Origin: Candidatus Latescibacterota bacterium | Lineage (GTDB): Bacteria > Latescibacterota > UBA2968 > GCA-2709665 | DNA length: 64,000 nucleotides | Direction: 5' to 3' | Assembly: GCA_965219995.1 (NCBI GenBank) | Contig: CBDCOX010000002.1 | Span: 3,808,001 to 3,872,000 of the forward strand | In this document: positions 40,617 through 51,685 of the stretch, in pieces | Numbering within the stretch: position 1 is the first letter of the stretch | Layout: every line of letters starts with the position of its first letter | Program-made: the position numbers and the translations under genes | The notes under the pieces: model-generated | Told to the model about the DNA's origin: nothing | What the model saw: the letters and a program-made list of their open reading frames with translations, nothing else | Databases searched by the model: none

Positions 40617-42198
40617 ATCTCGCCTGTCTCGCCCACAGGAATTCGGGCGCCTCCGCGATACGATTCAACACTTCGTCCGGGGCCGGCGAATCCAGGCTGA
40701 TCATCATGATGGCCTGTCCGCCCCGGCTGTCCCGCCCCAGAGCCATATCGGCGATGTTGAGTTTCTCCTCTGCGAGGAGCGACCCGATCCAGCCCACCAC
40801 ACCGGGAACGTCACGGTTGCAGCAGATCAACACGTCGCCTTCCAGCTTGGCCTTCACCTCGAACCGGTCGATGCGCACGACCCGGGCGTCGCTGCTGCCG
40901 AATACGGTGGCCGATATAGAGGTCCTTCCCGCCGACGTTTCGTAATCCACCGTCATCAGATTGGTGTAGTCCTTGTGGGCGCTGCTCCGCGTCTCGTCGA
41001 TCTTCACCCCGCGCTTCTGCGCGAAAAGGGGGGCGTTCACGTACGTCACGAGTTCATCCGTCAGATTCGTAATGGCCCCCTTCAGGACAGCCGCCGTCAT
41101 GGGTGATGTCGCGAATTTCAGGATATCTCCGTGGTACTCGATCGCGATGCGGCGCAGATTGCCGCGGCTCAACTGCGCCTGCAATGCGCCCACCTTCTCC
41201 GCCAGGAGCAGATACGGACGTACCTCCTCGAACAGCGACGGGTCCACCGACGGCATGTTCACCGCCCGCTGGGCGGGTCGGTCCATCAGTACTTCCAGTA
41301 CATCCTGTGCGATCTGGCGGGCCACGCGGTCCTGCGCCTCCGTGGTCGAGGCGGCCAGATGCGGCGTGCAGATCACCTCGCGCCGCCGCAGGAGCGGATG
41401 GTCCCTGGGCGGGGGTTCCTTCTCGTACACGTCGAGCGCCGCTCCGACCACCCTGCCCGATTCGATCGCGTTCAGAAGCGCCGCCTCGTCGACCAGCCCT
41501 CCCCGGGCGCAGTTGAGAATGCGCACGCCGGGTTTGCACGTCGCCAGCGACGACGCGGAAATCAGGTGCCGCGTGGCTTCATTCAGCGGCGTATGCAGGG
41601 TGATATAGTCCGCGGTCTCGTATATTTCCTCGAGAGAAGTCAGCCTTACCCGGAATCTCGCCGCCATCTCTTCGGAAAGTAAGGGATCGTGGCCCACGAC
41701 CGTCATCCCCAGAGCTCCGGCCAGGCGCGCAACATGCTGTCCCACCCGCCCCACGCCTACAATGCCCAGCACCTTCCCGTTCAACTCCACGCCCGTATAG
41801 GACTTCCGTTCCCACGCGCCGCGTTTCATCGAAGCGGTCGCCTGCGGAATGTTGCGGCTCAACGCGAGCAGCATCCCAACGGTATGCTCGGCCGTGGCAA
41901 TCGTATTCCCGCCGGGGGAATGCACCACCACTACGCCCCGCTCCGTCGCGGCGCCAATGTCGATGTTGTCCACGCCGACTCCCGCGCGGCCGATGACGCG
42001 GAGCCGGTGCGCCCCGGCCAGGACCTCCCGGGTCACATGCGTTTCGCTGCGAACAATCAACCCGTCAAGGGCGCCGATTTCACGCGCCAGCGCTTCCGGC
42101 GAGAGGCCCGTCCGGACGTCCACCCGGACGTCCGGCGCATCCGCGAACACGCTCTGCCAGCCGCGAGACAACGTATCTGCGATCAAGACTCGCTTCAT
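40582..42198 (-). CDS. serA: D-3-phosphoglycerate dehydrogenase
   Basis: RAGVGVDNID, GVGRVG, NCARGG, TPHL and C-terminal ACT domain. Confidence 0.95.
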   Translation of the reverse strand: MKRVLIADTLSRGWQSVFADAPDVRVDVRTGLSPEALAREIGALDGLIVRSETHVTREVLAGAHRLRVIGRAGVGVDNIDIGAATERGVVVVHSPGGNTIATAEHTVGMLLALSRNIPQATASMKRGAWERKSYTGVELNGKVLGIVGVGRVGQHVARLAGALGMTVVGHDPLLSEEMAARFRVRLTSLEEIYETADYITLHTPLNEATRHLISASSLATCKPGVRILNCARGGLVDEAALLNAIESGRVVGAALDVYEKEPPPRDHPLLRRREVICTPHLAASTTEAQDRVARQIAQDVLEVLMDRPAQRAVNMPSVDPSLFEEVRPYLLLAEKVGALQAQLSRGNLRRIAIEYHGDILKFATSPMTAAVLKGAITNLTDELVTYVNAPLFAQKRGVKIDETRSSAHKDYTNLMTVDYETSAGRTSISATVFGSSDARVVRIDRFEVKAKLEGDVLICCNRDVPGVVGWIGSLLAEEKLNIADMALGRDSRGGQAIMMISLDSPAPDEVLNRIAEAPEFLWARQARFKSGETQDGRR

Positions 42199-42305
42199 GG
42201 TATAAAAGAAAGCTATCAGCAATCAGCAGTCAGAAAGAGCAGCAATCAGCCGTCAGCGTACAGCAGAAAGCCAAACAGGCAATGTCCGCACTGTATAGTA
42301 CGTCT

Positions 42306-42330
42306 GTAGGGGCAACCCTTGTGGTTGCCC
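42306..42330. repeat. Single GTAG-type REP
   Basis: gtaggggcaacccttgtggttgccc. Confidence 0.8.
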
Positions 42331-42357
42331 AGGTCAACGGTCACGGCAAAGCAGCGA

Positions 42358-43497
42358 TCAATTTTCTGCGTTCAGCGCGTGTTGCGCGGCCTCCACGCCG
42401 ATCCCCGCGTCAAAACCCCATCCGGCCTTTCGGAGCCCGAATTCGAGCGCCGCAACGACCTCCAGTATACCTGCATCGTCCACGTGCCCCAGGTTGGACA
42501 CCCGCACCATGCGGCCCCTGTATTCGCCCAGACCGCCGCCGACAATGACGTTGAATTCACGCCGCAGACATTCCAACAGCGCGAGCCCGTCAACCCGTTC
42601 GGGCAGGACAATCGCGGTGAGCACGTTCGAAGGCCGCCGCGCGAAACACGACAGTCCCAGCGCCTCCGCGGACCGCCGCACGGCCCTGGCGTGCCGGGCA
42701 TGGCGTTCCCAGACCCGCGGGATGCCCTCTTCCCGAAGCATCTGCAGCGCCACCTGCAAACCGGCAAGGAGCGTAACCGGAAGCGTGGCGGGAGCCCGGC
42801 CCTCCTCCAGAGACGTCCTGTATTGTTGCAGGTCCCAATAAAACTTCGGTTGCCGGCATCGCTCGCGCGCTTGCCAGACCCGCGGACCCACCGCGGCGAA
42901 TCCCATCCCCGGAGGCAGCATCAACCCCTTCTGGGACGCCGTAACGGCCAGATCGACGTTCCAGGCTTCGAGGGGCAGCGGATGAGCTGCTACGCTGGAG
43001 ATCCCGTCGACGACGAAAAGCGCATCTCTTTCCCGTACCGACGCGCCAATGGAGGCGACGTCGTGCAAGACGCCGGTGGACGTCTCGCAGTGTGTGCCGA
43101 ACACGACACGAATGTCGGGATCGTCCCGAAGCGCGTCGGCAACAACCTGCGGGTCCACAGCCTCTCCCCATGGAAACCCCCGTTCCACCACCTCGACGCC
43201 GTAGGCCCGGCAGATGTCTGTCCAACGTCTGCCGAAATGCCCCGCATTCAGAACCAGCGCCCGGTCTCCGGCGGAAAGGGTATTGGCTATCGAGGCTTCC
43301 ATCACGCCGCTGCCAGAGCAGGCCAGGACGAATACGTCAACAGCCGTGGGGAAGACCTCCTGAAGGCCTTCGACCACATCACGGAGCAGTGCGGGAAAGT
43401 CCGGTCCCCGGTGGTAGACCGGCGTTCCGGACATCGCGGCCTGAACCCTTTCGGGGATCGGGGTCGGGCCCGGTGTAAAAAGACGTTGCCGCCTCAT
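42358..43497 (-). CDS. Class V aminotransferase (alanine-glyoxylate/serine-pyruvate type)
   Basis: TPGPT, ETSTG, VDGISS and SQKG. Confidence 0.92.
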   Translation of the reverse strand: MRRQRLFTPGPTPIPERVQAAMSGTPVYHRGPDFPALLRDVVEGLQEVFPTAVDVFVLACSGSGVMEASIANTLSAGDRALVLNAGHFGRRWTDICRAYGVEVVERGFPWGEAVDPQVVADALRDDPDIRVVFGTHCETSTGVLHDVASIGASVRERDALFVVDGISSVAAHPLPLEAWNVDLAVTASQKGLMLPPGMGFAAVGPRVWQARERCRQPKFYWDLQQYRTSLEEGRAPATLPVTLLAGLQVALQMLREEGIPRVWERHARHARAVRRSAEALGLSCFARRPSNVLTAIVLPERVDGLALLECLRREFNVIVGGGLGEYRGRMVRVSNLGHVDDAGILEVVAALEFGLRKAGWGFDAGIGVEAAQHALNAEN

Positions 43498-43542
43498 CTC
43501 AACCGCCCATGAGGCAAACCGGTTTTTTCGCCGCGCGCGGGT

Positions 43543-44130
43543 CTATTGTTCGACAACATCCCGAATCCACGTCCAGACGGACTGGCGGCCGTGGCCCGAT
43601 ACCGCCGAAAAAGGTACGAAATCAAATTCGCCCAGACCGGATAGCAGGTTCCGCGTCCGGTCCAGCCGGGACTTCCGCCGGCTTCCCGGGAGCTTGTCGG
43701 CTTTCGTGGCGACCACCAGAAACGGCCGGCCGAATTGCCTGAGCCAGAGGGCCATCTCCACGTCGTGCGCCGTCGGGTCGTGCCGGGCATCCAGGAGATG
43801 CAAAATGCCCCGCAACGACGTCCGTGTCTCCAGGTATCCGTTGATCAGGTCGGCCCACTGCCGGCGTTCCTGCCGACCCCGCCTTGCGTACCCGTACCCG
43901 GGAAGATCCACGAAATGCAATGTCTCGTTGACGCGGTAGTAGTTGAGCGTACGCGTCTTACCCGGGGTTTTGCTGGTGAGGGCCAACTGTTTGCGGTTCA
44001 GCAGCCGGTTCAGCAGAGAGGATTTACCCACGTTCGAGCGGCCGGCAAATGCAATTTCCGGCAGTCCTTCCATAGGAAGGCGGTCCGGGTGGGCGATACT
44101 GGTCACAAAATCGGCGGAACGGATCTGCAT
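43543..44130 (-). CDS. engB: Ribosome biogenesis GTPase EngB/YihA
   Basis: GRSNVGKS, DLPGYG and TKADK. Confidence 0.95.
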   Translation of the reverse strand: MQIRSADFVTSIAHPDRLPMEGLPEIAFAGRSNVGKSSLLNRLLNRKQLALTSKTPGKTRTLNYYRVNETLHFVDLPGYGYARRGRQERRQWADLINGYLETRTSLRGILHLLDARHDPTAHDVEMALWLRQFGRPFLVVATKADKLPGSRRKSRLDRTRNLLSGLGEFDFVPFSAVSGHGRQSVWTWIRDVVEQ

Positions 44131-44224
44131 AGCGGGCAACCGGGGACACAGTATTTCGCAAACACATAGAAAACCGGGGCAATGGACCCCGGTTCCGAAG
44201 GCGCAGGCAGGGTTAAGGATGAGA

Positions 44225-45466
44225 CTACGCGCTCTTTTTCTCTTCGATGTGAAGCCGTGGCTTTGATTTTCCGGCGACCATCTCTTTCGTGACCACGACC
44301 CGCGTGTGATCCGGATTGGAGGGGAGGTCGTACATCAGGTCGTTCATGATGTCCTCCAGAACGGAACGCAACCCGCGAGCGCCCGTTCCCTTCTGGACGG
44401 TTCGCCGCACCACCTCGTCCAGGGCCGTGTCTTCGAATTCCAGTTCGGCGCCGTCCATTTCGAAGAGCTTCTGGTACTGCTTGGTAATCGCATTTTTAGG
44501 TTCTGTCAGAATCTTGTACAGCGCCCGTTCGTCGAGGTCGCTGAGGGAACAGGTGATGGGCAGCCTGCCGACCAGTTCGGGAATCAGCCCGTACTTGATG
44601 AGATCCTCAGGTTCCACCTCGGCAAACAACGCGCCCGCGTTCCGCTTTTCATCCGGATCGTCCTTCGCGCCGAAGCCGATGGTCTTTTCCCCGATCCGGT
44701 TGCTGATGATTTCTTCGAGGCCGTCGAACGCCCCGCCGCAGATGAACAGGATATTGCGCGTATTCAACTGGATCAGGGGCTGCTCGGGGTGTTTCCGTCC
44801 GCCCTTCGGCGGAATGCTGGCGACGGTTCCCTCGAGAATCTTCAGCAGCGCCTGCTGAACGCCTTCGCCGGATACGTCGCGGGTAATCGAAGGATTGGCC
44901 GCCTTCCTCGATATCTTGTCGACTTCGTCCAGGTAGAGAATGCCCGTCTCCGCCTGCGCCACGTCGTAGTCGGCCGCCTGCAGCAGCCGGACCAGGATAT
45001 TCTCCACGTCTTCGCCCACGTATCCGGCTTCAGTGAGTATCGTTGCGTCCGCGATGGAGAACGGAACGTCCAGGATGCGCGCGAGCGTCTGGGCCAGCAG
45101 GGTCTTCCCGGTGCCGGTGGGCCCGACGAGCAGGATATTGCTCTTCTCGAGTTCGACGTCGTCCGTGACAACCGGGGACCGGATTCGTTTATAGTGATTG
45201 TAAACGGCCACGGAAAGCGTGCGTTTGGCCGCTTCCTGACCGATCACGTAGTCGTCGAGGCGGGTCTTGATCGTTGCCGGTTTGGGCAGCTTCTGCCGGG
45301 ACGAGACCGGCTTCTGCCTGGCGTCCTCCTGCAGCACTTCGTTGCACAGCTTGACGCAATCGCTGCATATATGCACCGAGGTCCCGGTAATGATCTTGTC
45401 GACCTGGTCGTTGCCCTTGCCGCAGAAAGAGCACTGTACCTCTGTTCTTGAAGATCGCCGTTTCAT
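44225..45466 (-). CDS. clpX: Clp protease ATPase subunit
   Basis: C4 zinc finger, [12 protein letters not shown] and IGF loop. Confidence 0.97.
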   Translation of the reverse strand: MKRRSSRTEVQCSFCGKGNDQVDKIITGTSVHICSDCVKLCNEVLQEDARQKPVSSRQKLPKPATIKTRLDDYVIGQEAAKRTLSVAVYNHYKRIRSPVVTDDVELEKSNILLVGPTGTGKTLLAQTLARILDVPFSIADATILTEAGYVGEDVENILVRLLQAADYDVAQAETGILYLDEVDKISRKAANPSITRDVSGEGVQQALLKILEGTVASIPPKGGRKHPEQPLIQLNTRNILFICGGAFDGLEEIISNRIGEKTIGFGAKDDPDEKRNAGALFAEVEPEDLIKYGLIPELVGRLPITCSLSDLDERALYKILTEPKNAITKQYQKLFEMDGAELEFEDTALDEVVRRTVQKGTGARGLRSVLEDIMNDLMYDLPSNPDHTRVVVTKEMVAGKSKPRLHIEEKKSA

Positions 45467-45527
45467 AAGTCACCCATGATATCCAGACCGCGGAAAGATG
45501 ACGTCTTCGGCGCCGCCCCGCGAGGCT

Positions 45528-46142
45528 TTACTCGTCGTCCTCGATCACGAGTTTGTCATCTCCGCTGGGCATCAGCACCTCATCGATCAGTCCGTACTCC
45601 AGGGCCTCGTCGGCGGACATAAAGAAGTCCCGGTCGGCATCTTTGGCAACCCGGTCGATCGGTTGCCCCGTCTTCTCCGCCAGAATCTCGTTGAGCTTGT
45701 CCCGCCATTGGAGTATCTCCCTGGCGTGACGTTCCACGTCCGAAGCCTGTCCTCCCGCGCCGCCCATGGGCTGATGGACCAGGATACGGGAATTCGGCAG
45801 GGCTCGCCGCTGCCCCTTCGTGCCTCCGGCGAGGAGTACGGCAGCCATGCTGAATGCCTGGCCGACGCACACGGTTTCCACTTCATTGGGTACGTACTGC
45901 ATGGTATCGTAAATGGCCAGCCCTGCCGTTATGCTGCCTCCGGGCGAATTGATGTACAGCCGAATCGTCTTCTCCGGCGATTCCGAAGTGCAAAACAGCA
46001 TCTGCGCGATCACCAGGTTCGCGATGGCGTCGTTAACGGGAAAGCCGATAAAAATGATGTTATCCCTGAGAAGACGGGAGAAAATGTCGTAGGACCGTTC
46101 GCCGAACCCCGTCTTTTCCAAAACCATGGGTACCAGTGCCAT
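45528..46142 (-). CDS. clpP: Clp protease proteolytic subunit
   Basis: YINSPGG, AFSM and HQP. Confidence 0.96.
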   Translation of the reverse strand: MALVPMVLEKTGFGERSYDIFSRLLRDNIIFIGFPVNDAIANLVIAQMLFCTSESPEKTIRLYINSPGGSITAGLAIYDTMQYVPNEVETVCVGQAFSMAAVLLAGGTKGQRRALPNSRILVHQPMGGAGGQASDVERHAREILQWRDKLNEILAEKTGQPIDRVAKDADRDFFMSADEALEYGLIDEVLMPSGDDKLVIEDDE

Positions 46143-46182
46143 AGGCGTCTATTCTCCCTCACTTTCGGATCCCGGATCGCCG

Positions 46183-47490
46183 TCACGGGCCATCCGTTTC
46201 TTCCTTCACGTCTTCGATGTCCGCATGTTGAATCAACAGGTCGAACGTCATTTTCGTCAACAGGTCAGACTCGATTCTCTCAATCTGGTCCGACCGCTTC
46301 AGAATCTGGTGGAGTTGTTCTCGTTCCGTATTGTATCGACGCGACATGTCCTCGATGTGACGGTCCACGTCCGCCTCTTCCACCGCCAGATCTTCCTGTT
46401 TCTGAATCGCCTCCAATAGTAAATGACGCTTCAACCCTCGAATGGTGCCCTCGCGGCTTTCCCGTCGAATCGCGTCTTCATCGACGTCGTGGTCGTGTCC
46501 TTCGTGTTCCTTCCTGTGGTTCTCCACCAGCGCGTCCAGGGCGTTTTCGATCATGGCTTCGGGGAGATCGAACGCGTTCGTTCGAATCAGCTCGTCCACA
46601 ATGTGACTTTCGAGGTAGCGCCGTGAGGCGAGATCGGCCTGCGCCTGGAGGTCTGTCCGTATCCGGCCCCTGAGCTCTTCCAGCGACGCGAACTCACCCT
46701 GATCCCTGGCGAATTCATCGTCCAGTTCCGGCAGCTTGCGTTCACGGACCTCCCTGGCGGAAAACATCATGCGGATCTCCCCGCCGTGCTGATGCCGGGA
46801 GCCATGACCGTGGTCCTGGTGTTCGCCTTCTTCCGTGTGCGTCAGCCGGATCTGCCGGGATTCGCCCGTGGAAATGCCTACCAGCTGGTTGTCGAGGTCG
46901 TGATTGGCATTCCTGCCGCCGATATGAATCGGGCGTTCTTCCTGTTTGCGACCGATAATCGGCAGCCCGTTCTCGTCCAGTTCCTGAAGGTCCGCGACGA
47001 CGACGTCGCCTGTTTCCGCGGGCCGGTCGACTTCCTGCTCCGTGGCGTTCTGTTCCCGCACGCGCTGGATCTGCTCTTCTACGTCGTCATCGGCGACTTC
47101 GAACACGGGGCGAGTGGTTTTCAGGCCTTTGTAATCCTGGACGACGATTTCAGGCTTGACGTCCACCGACGCCGTAAATCTGAGCGGCTGCCCCTCTTCG
47201 TAGTTCACGTCATCGATGGTGGCTTCCGAGATCGGCGTCAGACCCTCCGATCTGCTGGCCTCCCGATAACACTCCTGCATCACCTCCTGCAGGACCTCGC
47301 CCTGAATCATCCTTCCAAACCGCTTTTTGACCAGGTTCACAGGTATCTTGCCCTTGCGAAACCCGGGCAGGTTCAACGATTTGCTGTAATTCTTGTATGC
47401 GGCATCCATCCGCCGGCGCACGTCCTCGCCCGGTACTTCGACGTCGAGCGTCCTGCGCCACGTGTCCGACTCTGAAACGGTCACCTTCAT
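46183..47490 (-). CDS. tig: Trigger factor
   Basis: PGFRKGK and LPELDDEFA; tig-clpP-clpX gene order. Confidence 0.94.
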   Translation of the reverse strand: MKVTVSESDTWRRTLDVEVPGEDVRRRMDAAYKNYSKSLNLPGFRKGKIPVNLVKKRFGRMIQGEVLQEVMQECYREASRSEGLTPISEATIDDVNYEEGQPLRFTASVDVKPEIVVQDYKGLKTTRPVFEVADDDVEEQIQRVREQNATEQEVDRPAETGDVVVADLQELDENGLPIIGRKQEERPIHIGGRNANHDLDNQLVGISTGESRQIRLTHTEEGEHQDHGHGSRHQHGGEIRMMFSAREVRERKLPELDDEFARDQGEFASLEELRGRIRTDLQAQADLASRRYLESHIVDELIRTNAFDLPEAMIENALDALVENHRKEHEGHDHDVDEDAIRRESREGTIRGLKRHLLLEAIQKQEDLAVEEADVDRHIEDMSRRYNTEREQLHQILKRSDQIERIESDLLTKMTFDLLIQHADIEDVKEETDGP

Positions 47491-47555
47491 GACGTTCTGC
47501 ATCCTTCCAGCGCGTGGATGTCTTTATCGCAATTCCAGGAACGATCCAAACGCAA

Positions 47556-47584
47556 ATGATATATAATCGCCCCGGATTTGTCAA
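47556..47584 (-). promoter_or_regulatory. Sigma70 promoter for the tig operon
   Basis: TTGACA - 17 bp - TATCAT on the minus strand. Confidence 0.7.
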
Positions 47585-47685
47585 TCCGTTTGCCGCGATG
47601 ACGGCGCGTCGGAATCCTGAATCCTTCACAAAAAATCCGGGCGCAACTCCTGCCCGGATTCGATCGACGTCTGTGGGCGGTACCG

Positions 47686-49623
47686 TCAGGAAGCCACGGG
47701 CTGCCGATCTTCGGGTGCGGCAATGATCTTTCGAATCGTGTCCTTTTCGGAGCTGCAGCACCCGTTGCTCCCGTTGCTGCCGTTGATGACCGGAAGCTCG
47801 AGTTCCCCGTTTTCGGTCTCGCGTACCCGCAGCGTGTGGTCCGCATCGGGCAGCGGCATATCGCGACTGCCCGCATAGATGGGGTGGCGGCCCCGAGTTT
47901 TGAACCAATCGGCCGTTGTGGCGGTCATATGCATATTCTCGATGATCTGACGCCATCCGATTCCGGTGTTATACGCGCAGAAGGAGATCTCGCCTTCCTG
48001 GGTGCCGTAAGGGATCACGCACATTTCAGTGCGGCGGAAATCGTAGGTCCACAGATCCTGGAACCACATGCCGCCAACCCACATTATGCGCCACTCCCGG
48101 TCGCTGGGCCTCGGACCGCCGCTGATGGAGCCCCCGACCCTGCGGTCCAGAATCCGGGCGAGATCCATAAGGCCGAATCCGGACGGCGCCTTCCTGGCGT
48201 CGAAATTCCGAAGCAGCGACATGCCGACCTGGAACTTGATCCATTTGGGGTCCCGCGCGGTGTCGGTCATCACTTCGATGTCCTTCATAAACTGTTCCTG
48301 GTTGAAGAACTCGGTGATGGACGCCCACTGCCGGGTCTTCTCGTTCACGACAATATGGGCCGCGGAACCGCAGTTGGGGTGGCAGGAGCAGGTCTGTCCC
48401 CCGAATTCGACGTCCTGCCCGCGCAAATGGTCGGCAAGCGTGGTAAACAGCGTTCCGGCGCCGAGCGGATACCAGTCGCGGTGCGCGTCGATTTTCCCGC
48501 CGGACCACGTCTGCAGATCGTGAGCGAGATGAGAGATGGTGTAGCGCTGCCGGTGGCGCATCTCGTCGGTGATGTCCTCGTCGCGCCCGGTAAACGACAC
48601 GGGCTGGAAAGAAATCGAACCGACCTTGTCGCTGTTGTCGATGCAGAACTGGAGTATCGGGCCGACCTGTTCGTTGTTGATCGTATTCAGAACCGTCGTG
48701 ACGGGCGTGATATCGATTCCGGCGCGGGCGAGGTTCTCCATTGCCAGGAGCTTGGCGTCGAACAGATTTGAAATTTGCCGGTGCTGGTTGGCCGCGTTGG
48801 TGACGCCGTCGAACTGCAGATACGCCATATCGAAACCGGCCGCTTTCGCCTCGAAAGCGAAATCAGGCTCTTTGGCAAATCGGAGTCCGTTGGTCGCGGC
48901 CTGCACACACCAGTACCCCACCTCCTTGGCATACCGGCAGGCATCCAGAAAATGCGGCGAGATCGTGGGTTCTCCGCCCGAGAACTGTACCGACATCTGC
49001 CTGCGCGGTTTGAAGGAGATGGATGCGTCCAGGATCCGCTTGACGTCGTCCATTGTCAATTCGTGGACATAACCCACCTGGTTCGCATCCATGAAACAGG
49101 GATTGCACATCATGTTGCAGCGGTTGGTCAGGTCGATCGTGAGTACGGCGCCGCGACCGTATTTGATGCTGGACGTACCGTGCTGGTGCACGTGCTCGTC
49201 TCCCCAGGTGCGGAAGTCCCGGCCGGGAAAACGGGCCTCGATCAGGCGCGTAAACTCCGGATCGATTGACAGCACGTCTTCATAGGGGCCGTGGACCGGG
49301 CAGGACTTGCGCATCAGGATACACCCGTTTTCCTCCAGGATCTCTGCCTTGATCTCGCCGGGATTGCCGTGTACCAGTTCGCCGATGTCCCGTGTGCCGT
49401 CGATAATGGCGGTCCGGACTTCTTTGACGCAATCCGGGCACAGCGAATCGGTTTCGCGCGGGAATCCCAGGGTGGGCATCGATCGCTGATAGCTCTTCAG
49501 CAGCGGCGCGGAAGCCCAGTCAGGCTGAAATGGCTGACCTTCGGGGAGCCTTGTATTCACGCTCTGGAAGACACTCCAGGCGACGTTCGCAGCCCCGGAA
49601 ACGAAGCGGTCACGATAACTCAT
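47686..49623 (-). CDS. Radical SAM protein of the Tes/MJ0619 (tetraether lipid synthase-like) family
   Basis: SLCPDC...KSCPVHG, CNMMCNPC, SGGEPT, FQPVSFTGR, HPNCG and MWFQD...CVIPY...SFCAYN. Confidence 0.82.
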   Translation of the reverse strand: MSYRDRFVSGAANVAWSVFQSVNTRLPEGQPFQPDWASAPLLKSYQRSMPTLGFPRETDSLCPDCVKEVRTAIIDGTRDIGELVHGNPGEIKAEILEENGCILMRKSCPVHGPYEDVLSIDPEFTRLIEARFPGRDFRTWGDEHVHQHGTSSIKYGRGAVLTIDLTNRCNMMCNPCFMDANQVGYVHELTMDDVKRILDASISFKPRRQMSVQFSGGEPTISPHFLDACRYAKEVGYWCVQAATNGLRFAKEPDFAFEAKAAGFDMAYLQFDGVTNAANQHRQISNLFDAKLLAMENLARAGIDITPVTTVLNTINNEQVGPILQFCIDNSDKVGSISFQPVSFTGRDEDITDEMRHRQRYTISHLAHDLQTWSGGKIDAHRDWYPLGAGTLFTTLADHLRGQDVEFGGQTCSCHPNCGSAAHIVVNEKTRQWASITEFFNQEQFMKDIEVMTDTARDPKWIKFQVGMSLLRNFDARKAPSGFGLMDLARILDRRVGGSISGGPRPSDREWRIMWVGGMWFQDLWTYDFRRTEMCVIPYGTQEGEISFCAYNTGIGWRQIIENMHMTATTADWFKTRGRHPIYAGSRDMPLPDADHTLRVRETENGELELPVINGSNGSNGCCSSEKDTIRKIIAAPEDRQPVAS

Positions 49624-49768
49624 CTGCAGATCCTTTGAGTGTAGCCCAAACCGACCGGGTTGCCACAATGCGAAACGCCGGCTTACGGCCATATGAAGTT
49701 CTTGCAGGAGTAAGGCAAAAGGAATATAAGCAAAAAGCCGGTGCCGTCAAGCGGTTCCTGCTGAAGAG

Positions 49769-50554
49769 TTACACTCGCCGCCGCAGGATTCGTTTCATAT
49801 TTTCACCGAAAATCCGCGCTCGCTGCCGGGGCGTGATCGATGCGCCAAGTACCTTGCCCACACCGGCCTCCATTGCCACGTCGGTCGCAAAGAGGACGCG
49901 TTCCGTCCCCAGGTGGCGCACCGCCATCTCGACAAACCCTTCGTCGTTCAGGCTGCCGCTGGTATCCACGTACACGTTCGAGACGTCCCGGAGGGTCTTG
50001 ATCGCCCACTCCCAGTCTCCCACGATGGGGTGGCCCTCGATGACGATGGCTTCAGGATACATTCGCGCCAGTCGCACGAAGTCCCGGCTGTCCGAGCGAT
50101 TCGTCTGCCATGGTCTGCCGGAAACCGGCGTCTGTTTTCCGCCGTGGTGCAGAATCGGCACGCCCAGATCGATGCATCGCTCCACAATCGGCAGCACGAG
50201 GGGATCCCAGCATTTGCACTGATTGTAGAGCTTTACGCCCATCATCCCGTGCTTCAGAATGCACCGGTCGATTTCATCCCGCGCCTCGTTTTGAAACCGG
50301 GGATCGAGAAAGGCATATCCGAGAATGCGCGCTGGAAACCGCCGCATGGCGTACAGGAGGCTGTCGTTCACCTCGCGCATTCCGTCAGGGCGGGGGTTAT
50401 CCAATCCCTGAATGGGTATCGAACAGCAAAGCTGATCGATTTCCAGACGGTCGGCCGCCTCGATCACCACCCGGTCGTCGGTCCATCTGCCCCGCCAGCC
50501 CACGGACGCCAGGTTTCCGGCCACGTGCATGTGCGCGTCGATCCGCAAGTCCAA
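49769..50554 (-). CDS. Amidohydrolase family protein
   Basis: IDAHMH, GVKL and RVLFATD. Confidence 0.85.
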   Translation of the reverse strand: MDLRIDAHMHVAGNLASVGWRGRWTDDRVVIEAADRLEIDQLCCSIPIQGLDNPRPDGMREVNDSLLYAMRRFPARILGYAFLDPRFQNEARDEIDRCILKHGMMGVKLYNQCKCWDPLVLPIVERCIDLGVPILHHGGKQTPVSGRPWQTNRSDSRDFVRLARMYPEAIVIEGHPIVGDWEWAIKTLRDVSNVYVDTSGSLNDEGFVEMAVRHLGTERVLFATDVAMEAGVGKVLGASITPRQRARIFGENMKRILRRRV

Positions 50555-50748
50555 CGCTCCTTTGCGGAAGTCCCCCGCTCCAAAACCTTGACGCTCAGAT
50601 TCTCAATACCTATTATGCCTCTCCCGGATTGGATTTTCAAGCGGATTCGACGTGTCCGCTGGTTCGGCCGGGACGGCCCGGGACCAGGGGAGGCAAATAG
50701 GAACATTCGGACGCGCGCGCCTCCGCGCTTCGGAAAAGGAGACTGCTT

Positions 50749-51651
50749 ATGCGCCGTTTTAACCGAGAACCTTATCAGAAAGGGTCCGATGCCTCCGAGC
50801 GGGGCCAGGTCCGCGGAACGATCGAACTCGGAGAAACGCTCGTCATCGAGACGCCCGGCGGCGCCGACGGCGACCTCAAGCCCGGCGTCATCCCCGAAAC
50901 CACCACGCCGCGCGGCTCACGCCAGGGAGGCCCGTTTCTCATCGAGGGCATCGAACCCGGCGACTGGGTGTCCATCGAAGTGATCGACATCGAAGTCGGG
51001 CCGTACGGTTATTACAATAACGGCGGGCCGTTTCGCGGCAGCCTGCGCTCCGTCGCCCCCGTCAGGGACGGCCTCCTGCACTTCCCGCCGGACTTTGTGG
51101 TTCCCGTGCGGCCCATGATCGGCGTGATGCAGCTGGCGCCCGTCTCGGAACACCCGGGACCCTGGAACCACGGCGGCAACATGGACTACAATACCATCTG
51201 TCCAGGAAGTATTGTGCATATTCGTGCGCAGAAATACGGCGGTCACTTCTACGTGGGCGACGTCCACGCCCGCATGGGCGACGGCGAACTCACCGGCACC
51301 GGCGTGGAAATCGACTCGGCGCTCACGCTGCGGTTCGACCGCTCGCCGGGCTTTCCCGCGGGCGGGCCGGTCGTGGAAACCGCGGACGAGATCCTCACCA
51401 GCGGCATGGGCGCGAACTGGGAAGAAGCGCTGAAAATCGCCTGGAGCGACATGGTCGGCCTCGTCGCCGACCGTTACAACACCACCGTGGAACACGCCAA
51501 TCTCATTGTGGGCACCATCGGCGACGCGCGCCCGGGGTACGCCGCCGGTCAGCTGAATACCCGCGGATTCAGAAGGGACAACGCGTACGTAACCTGCCAG
51601 ATCGGCATCACGAAAGACCTGACGAGAACCGGACGGCCCTTCCAGCCGTAA
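50749..51651 (+). CDS. Acetamidase/formamidase family protein
   Basis: PMIGV, HGGNMD and GDVHARMGDGE. Confidence 0.88.
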   Translation: MRRFNREPYQKGSDASERGQVRGTIELGETLVIETPGGADGDLKPGVIPETTTPRGSRQGGPFLIEGIEPGDWVSIEVIDIEVGPYGYYNNGGPFRGSLRSVAPVRDGLLHFPPDFVVPVRPMIGVMQLAPVSEHPGPWNHGGNMDYNTICPGSIVHIRAQKYGGHFYVGDVHARMGDGELTGTGVEIDSALTLRFDRSPGFPAGGPVVETADEILTSGMGANWEEALKIAWSDMVGLVADRYNTTVEHANLIVGTIGDARPGYAAGQLNTRGFRRDNAYVTCQIGITKDLTRTGRPFQP

Positions 51652-51685
51652 CCCTGCGCGACTTCGCATTCCAGAGGGCACCCCA

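Noticed and set aside
47500-47690. tRNA upstream of tig
   Set aside because: No cloverleaf, T-loop or CCA pattern was seen, only a promoter.
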